Position numbers and translations under genes: made by a program. The notes under the pieces were generated by a model. The model was not told the DNA's origin and searched no databases. It saw nothing but the letters and a program-made list of their open reading frames with translations. Positions 1 to 8,354 of a stretch of DNA of 42,414 nt are shown here, one piece after another (within the stretch, counting starts at the first letter, position 1; the number at the start of each line of letters is the position of its first letter). The stretch is from Dehalococcoidia bacterium (GTDB lineage Bacteria; Chloroflexota; Dehalococcoidia; Lucifugimonadales; Lucifugimonadaceae), in NCBI GenBank assembly GCA_029936485.1, contig JAPYSM010000001.1, positions 1 to 42,414 on the forward strand, written 5' to 3'.

Positions 1-1062
1 TCCAAGTCTTATGGCGAGACGTTTGCTATTCGCGATGTCTCGTTGAACGTAGACCCGGGTGAGCTGGTCTGTTTGCTCGGCCCAAGTGGGTGTGGGAAAA
101 CGACTCTTCTCAGGATCATCGCTGGCCTGGAAACTATGGATTCAGGGACGATCTCGTTCCGTGGCGAAGACCTGAACGGGATGGCCCCCCATTCGCGAGG
201 CTTCGGTTTCATGTTTCAGGACCTCGCTCTTTTCCCCCACATGGACGTTTTCGGGAACGTGGGGTTCGGTCTGCGTATGCAAGGGATGTCGAGCGACCGA
301 GCCCGGATGCGGGTCGATGAAATGCTCGAACTTGTTGACCTCGGTGACTACCGAAACAGAAAAGTCCATGAACTGTCCGGCGGCGAACGTCAACGCGTCG
401 CCCTAGCACGTTCCCTCGCTCCAGCCCCAAAATTACTGATGCTGGATGAACCGCTGGGTTCTCTAGACCGGGTTTTGCGTGAGTCCCTTCAGGCACAGGT
501 TCGTTCGATCCTCAAAGAGATCGGAGTGACGGCGATCTACGTGACCCACGACAACGAGGAAGCTTTTGCCCTCGCCGACACCATCGTTTTTGTAAACGAT
601 GGACAGGTAGTTCAATCTGGCCCCCCCGAGGCGCTCTTCCAGGCGCCTGCAACTGAGATGGTCGCTCGATCTTTGGGTCTCAGGAACATCATCGAGGGGA
701 CGATAGTCCGGGCATCCGAGTCGGTCGAAATCGCGTCACCCGCTGGGACCCTGTCAACTGCAGGCCCACTACCTGGTGGTATATCCGTTGGAGACGGCGT
801 TTTAGTGATCATCAATGAAAGAAGTATTTCGGTCGCACCGGTTCACCACGAATGGGCAGAGGTGGGAATCAAGTTGTCCGGAGTTGTGAACGGGCAGAAA
901 TTCCGCGGTGGAGAATCTGAAATCCACATGACGGTTGGCCGGAGCGAGTTGATTTCCATCGTCCCCACGGTAGATGCGCAAACCGAAGTGACATCCGGGG
1001 ACGAAGTTTCCGTACTCGTCCCGCCCGAGGCGGTCACCCTTTTGCCGCCAGCAGAGGCGTGA
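1..1062 (+). CDS. ABC transporter ATP-binding protein, importer type (PotA/FbpC/CysA-like); 5' end cut by window edge
   Basis: The frame is open from base 1 (SKSYGETFAIRDVSLNV...), so the TTG at 43 is internal. Walker A GPSGCGKT, ABC signature LSGGERQRVALARS, Walker B LLMLDEP, H-loop YVTHD. The C-terminal ~100 aa tail is typical of importer ATPases. Confidence 0.9.
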   Translation, partial: SKSYGETFAIRDVSLNVDPGELVCLLGPSGCGKTTLLRIIAGLETMDSGTISFRGEDLNGMAPHSRGFGFMFQDLALFPHMDVFGNVGFGLRMQGMSSDRARMRVDEMLELVDLGDYRNRKVHELSGGERQRVALARSLAPAPKLLMLDEPLGSLDRVLRESLQAQVRSILKEIGVTAIYVTHDNEEAFALADTIVFVNDGQVVQSGPPEALFQAPATEMVARSLGLRNIIEGTIVRASESVEIASPAGTLSTAGPLPGGISVGDGVLVIINERSISVAPVHHEWAEVGIKLSGVVNGQKFRGGESEIHMTVGRSELISIVPTVDAQTEVTSGDEVSVLVPPEAVTLLPPAEA

Positions 1063-1280
1063 TAGAACGGATGCTTTTTACTGATCCGGCGCAGCAAACA
1101 GGCCGCACAAGAATCCACTCGACCGATCGACGTGCCCATACCGCCTGACCAGGATTGCGAAGCCACCAATGCGTCATTAGAATCGTGGTCATCCGGTCCC
1201 CCGGGCCATGCCGGAACAGAATTCAGGAGCGATCACGATTCCCGATCTCACGTCATACACACGGGTGTACCATCTGAAGG

Positions 1281-2225
1281 GTGCTCTCTAACGTGAGCAA
1301 CACTCCCGGCAACATAAACGAGGCGTTCATACGCGTACTTTCCGTTCCAGCGTCTCAGATAAACCTCCTTTCCGCTTCGTTATTGATAGCGGCTAGCGAA
1401 TACCCGGATATGGACCTCGTAGCCGAACGAGGACGGGTCGCCCTTCTGGCTGAACGTGTCCGTGACCGACTACCGCGCAGGCACGGCGTGTTCGACGCCG
1501 TGCACGCCGTAAACGATGTACTGTTCAGTGAACTCGGGATTCGTGGGGACCTGAAACGCTACTACGATCCACGTAACAGCTACATCCCGGACGTGTTGGA
1601 CCGTGGCCTCGGTAATCCGATCACGCTATCGGTCCTATATATGGAGATATCTCGTCGGGCGGGATATCATTTCCACGGTATTGGACTGCCTGGACATTTC
1701 GTCATTCGAGCGGGCGAAGGATCAGAATCGATCTTTGTTGACCCGTTTGATGCTGGTGGCCTCCTGAGCCGTCGCGAGTGCATCGCAATTGTTCAACGAG
1801 CCACGAGACGACCCGACCGCCGGTCGATACCGATGAGCGTGGAAGAGGCAGCGGCGTTCATGCGGCCGACCGGTAAGCGAAACATACTAGGGCGCACGCT
1901 CAGAAATTTGAAACAGATCTACCTCGATAAAGAGGATTATGTTCGTGCGCTGCGGATCGCGGAACGCATTCGAATCGTTGCGCCGACGTCGTGGCATAAC
2001 CTCGCTGACCTGGCGCGAATCCAAACAGAACTCGGCCGATTTAATGCTGCCGCCGAAACACTGTCTACATACGTGACTCGCGCTCCCCGAGGACACGACC
2101 TTGAGTCAGCCCGAGCCGCCCTGTCAGAGTTACGAAACCGCATAGTAAGCGAAAGCGCCTCTGATCCCGAGGCAGACGCGGCGGGCATGAGTGGGCCTAT
2201 CGGAGAATCACCCCGTAATCAGTAA
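1281..2225 (+). CDS. SirB1/YchA-family protein (transglutaminase-like N-domain plus TPR-like C-domain)
   Basis: 314-aa ORF with a GTG start. The block NSYIPDVLDRGLGNPITLSVLYMEISRRAGYHFHGIGLPGHFVIR resembles the SirB1 N-terminal domain, and the C-terminus is helical and repeat-like. Family recalled from memory. Confidence 0.6.
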   Translation: MLSNVSNTPGNINEAFIRVLSVPASQINLLSASLLIAASEYPDMDLVAERGRVALLAERVRDRLPRRHGVFDAVHAVNDVLFSELGIRGDLKRYYDPRNSYIPDVLDRGLGNPITLSVLYMEISRRAGYHFHGIGLPGHFVIRAGEGSESIFVDPFDAGGLLSRRECIAIVQRATRRPDRRSIPMSVEEAAAFMRPTGKRNILGRTLRNLKQIYLDKEDYVRALRIAERIRIVAPTSWHNLADLARIQTELGRFNAAAETLSTYVTRAPRGHDLESARAALSELRNRIVSESASDPEADAAGMSGPIGESPRNQ

Positions 2226-2388
2226 TCGTCTCGCGTGGCCCACCGTCATTCGGTTGGACTATACGGAGCATCGGGAATCGGACTCACACGATTTGTAAAC
2301 AGGTGAATCCGGGCGTGTACCCGCAACCGTATGCCATTGTGGTGGACACTACGATGGACCGGTTGCAGCGCGCATTCGGCCCAGACAT

Positions 2389-3006
2389 GTGGCTCCGCGG
2401 ACCTATCCGCTGCACGAGGTGGCCCGCTTGGGATACATAGAATTTACGGACGAGGCGCTGCTCGTCAAGATTGTCGAGCAAGACAGACTGGCACTTGAGT
2501 GTCTGTATCAACGTTACAGCACCAGGGTGTTTTCACTCTCTTTCCGGATGCTTTCAGATCAGGGAGCATCTGAAGAGGTCACGCAAGATGTTTTCCTCAA
2601 TGTCTGGCGACGGGCCGCAAGTTACAAACCTGGACGTGGCAAGTTCACGACATGGCTGTTCGGTATCGCACACCATCGAACAATCGACGAACTTCGTAAA
2701 CGGACGCGTGGTAAACAGCGCACCGTAGAGAATGTGGACGATTTTTTGAATCTTCAATCAGCCGATATACAACCGGTCGATGCGGCGGTAGCAAACTCGG
2801 AATACGCGACGGTGCGTAAGGCGTTACTAAACCTCCCTGACGCACAGCGTTCCGTTATTGAAATGTCGTATTTTGGCGGGTTCACTCAGGCCGAAATTGC
2901 CTTAAAACTTGATCAGCCACTTGGCACGGTGAAGACCCGCATGCGCCTCGGCTTGAAAAAGCTACGCGTCGCGCTGGCCTCGAAATTGAGAACGCCTGAA
3001 TTATGA
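2389..3006 (+). CDS. RNA polymerase ECF-type sigma-70 factor
   Basis: Region 2 (VTQDVFLNVWRRAASYKPGRGKFTTWLFGIAHHRTIDELRKR) and region 4 (LPDAQRSVIEMSYFGGFTQAEIALKLDQPLGTVKTRMRLGLKKLR). The start is uncertain (GTG 2389 or GTG 2419). Confidence 0.9.
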   Translation: MAPRTYPLHEVARLGYIEFTDEALLVKIVEQDRLALECLYQRYSTRVFSLSFRMLSDQGASEEVTQDVFLNVWRRAASYKPGRGKFTTWLFGIAHHRTIDELRKRTRGKQRTVENVDDFLNLQSADIQPVDAAVANSEYATVRKALLNLPDAQRSVIEMSYFGGFTQAEIALKLDQPLGTVKTRMRLGLKKLRVALASKLRTPEL

Positions 3007-3974
3007 CCGATCCACGAAACCACGAATCTATTTCGCCCGACCTTGCTGGCTATTCAATGGACGCGGTTGATGACGAAGCGCGTGAACTGGTTGAGCAACA
3101 CCTGATTGTATGTAAAGACTGCACTTCCGAGTTGGAGGAGTTGATGGAGGGCGCCGCCAATCTGGCGTTCGCTGTGCCAACAATTTCGCCACCTCCAAAC
3201 CTTCAAGATCGAATCAATGCCGCGATCGATGCGGATATGAATTTGTCACAAGAACAGCCAGTACCGATCGGGTATTTGCACCCGGGGGTATCTAAACCCG
3301 ACGTCTCATTCGCCTCACCGGTTCGGTTCCCCTGGTACGCGAACACGAGATTTGCGTGGGGCATTTCTTCGGGTATCGCGGCTGCCTTCATAGCATTGAT
3401 AGTCGTGGCGGGGGTAGCCGGTATACGCCTGAACGATCGTGTGGATGACTTTACGGCCCAAGTCGCAGCTCAGGATAGCGAGATAGCCTCTTTCACGGCA
3501 TCACTGAAATTGATGGAGGATGACGCCAAAATCGCATCGAGCGCAGATGCTCAACAAGTGTCAGTCCTCCAGAAATCCACCGACACGCTGGAACAGCAGT
3601 TGAACGATCTACGTTGGCTCCAGTACGTTACTTCGGTTGGTTCGTGGAGTACGCCGTCATTCTTTTCGGGTGGACTGCAACCACAGGCGCCTCAGGGCGT
3701 ACTGATCACTCACTCCAGTGGCGATCAAGCATTCCTCATGGTCAACGGCCTCGCGCCGGCGCCTGCGGGGTCCGTTTACCAGGTTTGGCTCACTTACGAA
3801 GGCAGCATGGTCCCCGGCAATACGTTCTCGGTTGACCAAGACGGATACGCAATCGTAAACCTTGATCTGACCGGAGATGCGACCGAGTACATCGGCGCAT
3901 CGGTGACCGTTGAACCGTTCGGCGGATCTGCTATCCCGTCCGATTTCACCGTGTTGATCGGGTCCGATCAGTAG
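3003..3974 (+). CDS. Anti-sigma factor (zf-HC2 N-terminus, one TM helix, RskA-like extracytoplasmic domain)
   Basis: The ATG overlaps the sigma stop (ATGA). H-x3-C-x2-C motif HLIVCKDC, TM segment WGISSGIAAAFIALIVVAGVAGI, and a C-terminal YQVWL... domain like anti-sigma-K RskA. Confidence 0.8.
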   Translation: MTDPRNHESISPDLAGYSMDAVDDEARELVEQHLIVCKDCTSELEELMEGAANLAFAVPTISPPPNLQDRINAAIDADMNLSQEQPVPIGYLHPGVSKPDVSFASPVRFPWYANTRFAWGISSGIAAAFIALIVVAGVAGIRLNDRVDDFTAQVAAQDSEIASFTASLKLMEDDAKIASSADAQQVSVLQKSTDTLEQQLNDLRWLQYVTSVGSWSTPSFFSGGLQPQAPQGVLITHSSGDQAFLMVNGLAPAPAGSVYQVWLTYEGSMVPGNTFSVDQDGYAIVNLDLTGDATEYIGASVTVEPFGGSAIPSDFTVLIGSDQ

Positions 3975-4069
3975 ATGGCGGCGATCCAGCGCCGTGTATA
4001 TATCCCCGGCGACCCGAAGTTAGCTTGATATACTCCCGGCGCTGTCGAATTCCTTCTTGAGGCGTCGTC

Positions 4070-4207
4070 ATGGGCTCGATCAATACAACGTCTGCTCCCG
4101 CCCATTTGATCTGGGTATGTGATCTTTGCGGCACCGAGATGCTGGACCTCCACTGCAAGCTGCGGTGCCCGATATGCGGTTTCATGCGTGACTGCTCTGA
4201 CCCATAG
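4070..4207 (+). CDS. Small zinc-ribbon protein (45 aa), below the ORF-track size cutoff
   Basis: Hand translation gives MGSINTTSAPAHLIWVCDLCGTEMLDLHCKLRCPICGFMRDCSDP. It has two CxxC pairs (C17/C20, C33/C36) plus C29, C42, H12 and H28. GAGG lies 7 nt upstream of the ATG. The 3' end overlaps the likely lipoprotein start by 20 nt. Confidence 0.55.
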   Translation: MGSINTTSAPAHLIWVCDLCGTEMLDLHCKLRCPICGFMRDCSDP

Positions 4208-4919
4208 ACATACCCCGTTATGGACCGGCCTGATTACGGCTGTCGGTATAGTCCTGACCCTTGCCTGCTCATCGGGCAAATCAGTAGATCCGGTTTTCGA
4301 CATTGAGCAGATATCGCCTGCCGAAATCATCTCCCGTTCATCGGCTGCCTTCTCGCGAGTAACGACCTTTCGATTCGGACTGGCCCACGATAACGGAAAC
4401 ACAATTCTGTCGAACGGGATCGAAGTGCCAAACGCTTCTGGGACAGTGTTGGTCCCCGGTAGCTACACGCTTGATGCAGACACGCTAGTGTCCGGCTTTT
4501 TCGTAAATACCGAAGTCACGGTAATCGACCAGGATTCATACATGACCCACCCGATCACCGGGCGCTGGCAACTCTTGGAGCCCGGGACCAGTCCCTTCGG
4601 TACATTCAACCCGGTATCGTTGGTCTCCAGTATTCTTGAGCAGATCGAGAACCCACAGATAGCGCCATCAGAAGCCTCTAAAGTAGGGTCTTACGTGATC
4701 GATGGACATCTACCGGCCATAGCCTTGAAATCGCTGACCAGCGGCGTAGACGAGACCGCACCCCGGCTAAATGTCCGGGTGACGATAGATGGCTCGTCGT
4801 TATACCCCGTTGAAGCGCGAATCATCGGGAGGGTGACGACCGCTGAGTCTGGAGATCTGGTGCGCACGGTCCGATTGTTCGAGTTCAATACCGATATCTC
4901 CATTGAGCCGCCGATTTAG
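4188..4919 (+). CDS. Lipoprotein, LppX/LprAFG (LprG-like) family
   Basis: The ORF track starts at 4119. The in-frame GTG at 4188 gives MTALTHRHTPLWTGLITAVGIVLTLAC-SSGKS, a signal peptide with lipobox LTLAC. The mature part aligns by eye, block for block, with mycobacterial LprG (recalled). Confidence 0.7.
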   Translation: MTALTHRHTPLWTGLITAVGIVLTLACSSGKSVDPVFDIEQISPAEIISRSSAAFSRVTTFRFGLAHDNGNTILSNGIEVPNASGTVLVPGSYTLDADTLVSGFFVNTEVTVIDQDSYMTHPITGRWQLLEPGTSPFGTFNPVSLVSSILEQIENPQIAPSEASKVGSYVIDGHLPAIALKSLTSGVDETAPRLNVRVTIDGSSLYPVEARIIGRVTTAESGDLVRTVRLFEFNTDISIEPPI

Positions 4920-4934
4920 GCCGGGCGTGAACGC

Positions 4935-6401
4935 GTGATCAACTGGCTACGGGACATCAGCGCTTACGCCGTCATCATTCCGGTTTGTGCCGGCGTATTC
5001 ATCGCTGCGGACGATCAGACATCGATAGTGGTCGTTTTGCCGGAGCTGCTCCAGGACTTCCGTATCGGCCCGGGCGAGTTGGATCGGGCATCTTGGACCG
5101 TTACGGGCTACCTGATCGGCTACACGGCCGCTATGCCGATCATGGGCCATGTAGCCGATCGATTCGGGCGTCGCACCGTGTTCGTTGGAGCGCTGGTCAT
5201 CTTCATGCTTGGATCGGCGCTGGTGGCGACCAGTCCGGACCTTCAGAAGCTGATCGGGCGGGATGAATCTGACCTGAACTGGATGATCGGCGCCCGTGTA
5301 TTTCAGGCGATCGGGGGGGGCGCAATGATCCCCGTCGCAATCGCTTCCGTTGGTGACGTGCTGCCACGTGCTCGTCATGCGATGGCGTTCGGCATAATCG
5401 GCGCCAGCGCGGAAGCCGGTGGTGTCATCGGCCCGCTATGGGCGGGATTGATTACAAACTTCAGCTCCTGGGAGTGGGTGTTTTGGATCAATATCCCTCT
5501 CGGACTGGCGGTAATCGCCGCGCTGAAGTTCTCTCCCGCCGGGGTGCGAAACCCGGCGAGGATCGACCTCGTTGGCGGTGCACTGTTCGTCGCCGTGTTA
5601 GCGCTGATCACAGCGGCGTTATCTCGTGCGGGTGACACAGATGTCGTGTTTGGCATATTGATCGCCGCCGCCAGCGCCGCTGCGGTAACCACCGTCTGGT
5701 GGCACCGTAAGGTAGACGACCCGATATTGCCCGTACGACTGCTCCGGACGATCAAGTTCACTGCTTCCAACGCCGCCCATCTGGCCGCCGGAATCTCCTT
5801 GATAACGGTGATGGTCACTGTGCCCTTGATGGCTAACACGGTTCTTGGTCTGTCCCCCTTGGACGGCGGGCTAATGCTCCTGCGTATGACCGTCGCCATA
5901 CCCTTCGGCGCTATCGCGGGCGGCTTGTTGGTCCAGCGAGTCGGCGCTCGATGGTCTGCGATCGCAGGGTTTGTACTGGCCGCGGTGGGACTGGCCGCAA
6001 TGTCCAAATGGGATATCGATATCGGAGATCCCTCAATGACGGTGCACCTTGCGATCTCCGGGTTCGGATTCGGGTTGTTAATCGCGCCGATACACACCTC
6101 GGCATTGCTTTATGCCAAGGCCGGCGAGCGGGGAACGGCATCCGCCCTCATCACGGCTTCCCGGATGATCGGTATGACAATCGGGTTGGCCGCGATCGCG
6201 GCGTGGGGGACGCTCCGGTTTGAGAACCTGGCTGAAGATGCGCCGATCACGTTCGAAGGAGTTGAGGAGATAACCTCCGCAGGTCTCACAGTCTTCCAGG
6301 GCTTCTTCGTGTCGGCGTCGGCCGTTGCCGTTCTAGGCGTCATTCCCGCGTGGTTGATGGGCCGGGACCGCGTTGAATCCGCGTCAGGCGCGTCTACCTG
6401 A
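4935..6401 (+). CDS. MFS transporter (drug/H+ antiporter-like, probably 14 TM)
   Basis: 488 aa and highly hydrophobic, with MFS motif A GHVADRFGRRTVF. GTG start 15 nt after the lipoprotein stop. Confidence 0.9.
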   Translation: MINWLRDISAYAVIIPVCAGVFIAADDQTSIVVVLPELLQDFRIGPGELDRASWTVTGYLIGYTAAMPIMGHVADRFGRRTVFVGALVIFMLGSALVATSPDLQKLIGRDESDLNWMIGARVFQAIGGGAMIPVAIASVGDVLPRARHAMAFGIIGASAEAGGVIGPLWAGLITNFSSWEWVFWINIPLGLAVIAALKFSPAGVRNPARIDLVGGALFVAVLALITAALSRAGDTDVVFGILIAAASAAAVTTVWWHRKVDDPILPVRLLRTIKFTASNAAHLAAGISLITVMVTVPLMANTVLGLSPLDGGLMLLRMTVAIPFGAIAGGLLVQRVGARWSAIAGFVLAAVGLAAMSKWDIDIGDPSMTVHLAISGFGFGLLIAPIHTSALLYAKAGERGTASALITASRMIGMTIGLAAIAAWGTLRFENLAEDAPITFEGVEEITSAGLTVFQGFFVSASAVAVLGVIPAWLMGRDRVESASGAST

Positions 6402-6598
6402 CAGCGCGTTAGGGACCTGGCCATCACGGGCTACCCGGATCGATATCGCATTGGCGAATTCAGAATTGTCGGTCTACCGCCGACAATCCTTTACGATGCG
6501 GACGGTATCTATGTGGCCACCAAAGGATCTTTGAGCGGCACGCGGTTGAATCGCACCATAACGTCGAATCTGGGGTTCAACGCGGGCAGCAACGGCTG
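6402..6598 (+). pseudogene. Possible C-terminal remnant of a TlpA/ResA-like thioredoxin-fold protein, in frame after the MFS TGA stop
   Basis: 66 codons stay open after the stop: QRVRDLAITGYPDRYRIGEFRIVGLPPTILYDADGIYVATKGSLSGTRLNRTITSNLGFNAGSNG. The cis-Pro region pattern (G-LP-T-L-D-DG-...-G) is present, but there is no CxxC part and no start codon. Confidence 0.3.
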
Positions 6599-6608
6599 AG
6601 CTTGGCCG

Positions 6609-8234
6609 CTATGTTTTTCCGTTACTGTTTCTCTCGTCCGCACGGCGCTCTGAATCAATTCGCTCCAGTTCGTACTCTTCGTAATCCACGAATTTCATGG
6701 CACCGGCTATGGCACGGTGTCCGGCTTTTTCGTAGATCAGCCGGTGCATCTCCTGACACACCCTGCGGTAGTCCGGATGGCCAGCGCGTGCGGTACGTAA
6801 CTCGAGAAGGTGGAACGCCTCTCGGGCGTTCATCTGCATCACAAATCGAATCCGATATCCGAACGGGACCGCGTACTGAGCGACATCAACTCCAAACCGG
6901 TCCATGAGGTTACCGCTCAGGCTGGCTGCGCGCTCCATGGCGGAATCCCATTCCTGTACGCGTCCGATATCGGTCAATACGTCCGGCGTGGCGTACCCAT
7001 GTTTTGTACCGAGTCGTTGCCAGTCCAAAGTCAACATTCTGTGACGTTGCAGGTCTCGAAAACTCCCGAAATCGCATGTGATATCGAATCTGTAGTCGAC
7101 TCGTTCCATGCCCCGGCCAGGCTTGTGCCGCCGATTGATCCGATCTCCAGAATACGCTCGGATTACTCCGGCCCGCTCCTCCACTCCCATGTTGCGTGCA
7201 GCTTCAAGTAACTGTGCACCCGACAGGTCCGAATAGGCGTACAACGCGGAAGCGGCGACCTTGATCTCGGCATCGGGGTCCCAGTCTTCAAGTGTGACTT
7301 CGGGGCCATTGCTGAACTCGATATTGATCCTATCCGCAATATCCTTCATACGCGCAGCTGTATCCGAAAAATAATGGGCCCAAGCTCCACCTCGGTCGGG
7401 AAGGTCAACCCTTTTGACAAACGCAGGGATGATCTCCCGGAGTTCCGTGAGCATCATCTCGCCATACTCACGCGCTTCCGCGAGCGGGTGCGCCTGCATA
7501 CGGATCAGCAATGATTCATATGCCTGTCCGGTTCCGTATACACCAACGTTAGACGTAGTAGCAGCCGGTAACAGTCCACGTGCGGCGTCACATGCTTTAG
7601 CGCGGATGGTGGCGTTATATGCACGCCTTGAGGTTCCGTCAGTTCTCGGGAATTTGCTTTCAAAATGCGGCGCCAGTTCATGCACAAGTTCCGAGTACTG
7701 GCCGAACAGGGCGTCCAGCGTTCCCCGGTACTCACGTTCCAAGGTTGAGCCGATGATCTCCGGTGGTACGTGATATCGATAACCCTCGCCGAGTGGGCGA
7801 TCGTAATAGATATACCGTGTGCTCTGCTCCAGGTAAGCGGCGATGCGCCCCCGTTCGAGCACCTTGGTAAGCAGGTTCGAAGCCTGCTCGCATGCCAGAT
7901 GAGCCCCGCCCAACTGCGCGACCGAGTCATCGCCATACTCGCCAAATACGCGGTCATACAGCGCCTCGGCCTTGTTGAGCCTTACAGACGGGTCGTCGTC
8001 AGCCACGGCCGCGGACATTGCGGCTATGCCGAGCTCTGGTTGGTTGTGGAACTCATCCAAGAACAACCGGCGAAGCGATTTGTGTGACCGTGAATAACGT
8101 GCGAACAGAGCCCCCTTCACTACCTCAGGCAGATTTACGAGGCCGAAGACAGGCCCATCTATATTCGTAAAAAAACGCTCCAGCACGGAGCGTTCATCGG
8201 GTAAAAATGGTTCTTCGTAGTACACGTTGCTCAT
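6609..8234 (-). CDS. Long (541 aa) FAD-dependent thymidylate synthase ThyX-like protein
   Basis: N-terminal block VVKGALFARYSRSHKSLRRLF and C-terminal block GSFRDLQRHRMLTLDWQR resemble Thy1/ThyX-family motifs. The length is about twice that of canonical ThyX. Assignment is by pattern recognition only. Confidence 0.55.
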   Translation of the reverse strand: MSNVYYEEPFLPDERSVLERFFTNIDGPVFGLVNLPEVVKGALFARYSRSHKSLRRLFLDEFHNQPELGIAAMSAAVADDDPSVRLNKAEALYDRVFGEYGDDSVAQLGGAHLACEQASNLLTKVLERGRIAAYLEQSTRYIYYDRPLGEGYRYHVPPEIIGSTLEREYRGTLDALFGQYSELVHELAPHFESKFPRTDGTSRRAYNATIRAKACDAARGLLPAATTSNVGVYGTGQAYESLLIRMQAHPLAEAREYGEMMLTELREIIPAFVKRVDLPDRGGAWAHYFSDTAARMKDIADRINIEFSNGPEVTLEDWDPDAEIKVAASALYAYSDLSGAQLLEAARNMGVEERAGVIRAYSGDRINRRHKPGRGMERVDYRFDITCDFGSFRDLQRHRMLTLDWQRLGTKHGYATPDVLTDIGRVQEWDSAMERAASLSGNLMDRFGVDVAQYAVPFGYRIRFVMQMNAREAFHLLELRTARAGHPDYRRVCQEMHRLIYEKAGHRAIAGAMKFVDYEEYELERIDSERRADERNSNGKT

Positions 8235-8290
8235 TCTAGGGTTAGCCCGGTGATCAGAACAGATGCCGGCGTCAGATACTTCCCTCGCGT

Positions 8291-8317
8291 AAAGGCCCGC
8301 CGAGAAGGCGGGCCTTT
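8291..8317 (-). terminator. Hairpin terminator candidate downstream of the E2 gene
   Basis: AAAGGCCCGCC gagaa GGCGGGCCTTT forms an 11-bp stem. It is flanked by A/T, so a short U stretch follows on either strand. It lies 38 nt after the E2 stop. Confidence 0.6.
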
Positions 8318-8354
8318 ACATCCGGTGTCACGATGAAGTCTTTTCTTCCTCAAA

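Noticed and set aside
2226-2388. Search for an autoregulated ECF-type promoter (GGAAC/GAATC ... CGT) upstream of the sigma gene
   Set aside because: Only loose matches were found (for example TGAATCC N18 CGTA). The spacing and motifs are too degenerate to claim.
5313-5320. G8 homopolymer inside the MFS coding region
   Set aside because: It encodes the Gly-Gly-Gly of a glycine-rich helix (AIGGGAMIP), and the frame is intact. There is no evidence for phase variation from a single sequence.
5375-6097. 240-aa ORF on the minus strand inside the MFS gene
   Set aside because: It is fully antisense to a gene with clear MFS motifs. The composition is Ala/Pro/Arg/Thr-rich, which is typical of shadow ORFs in GC-rich DNA. 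No SD or motif.
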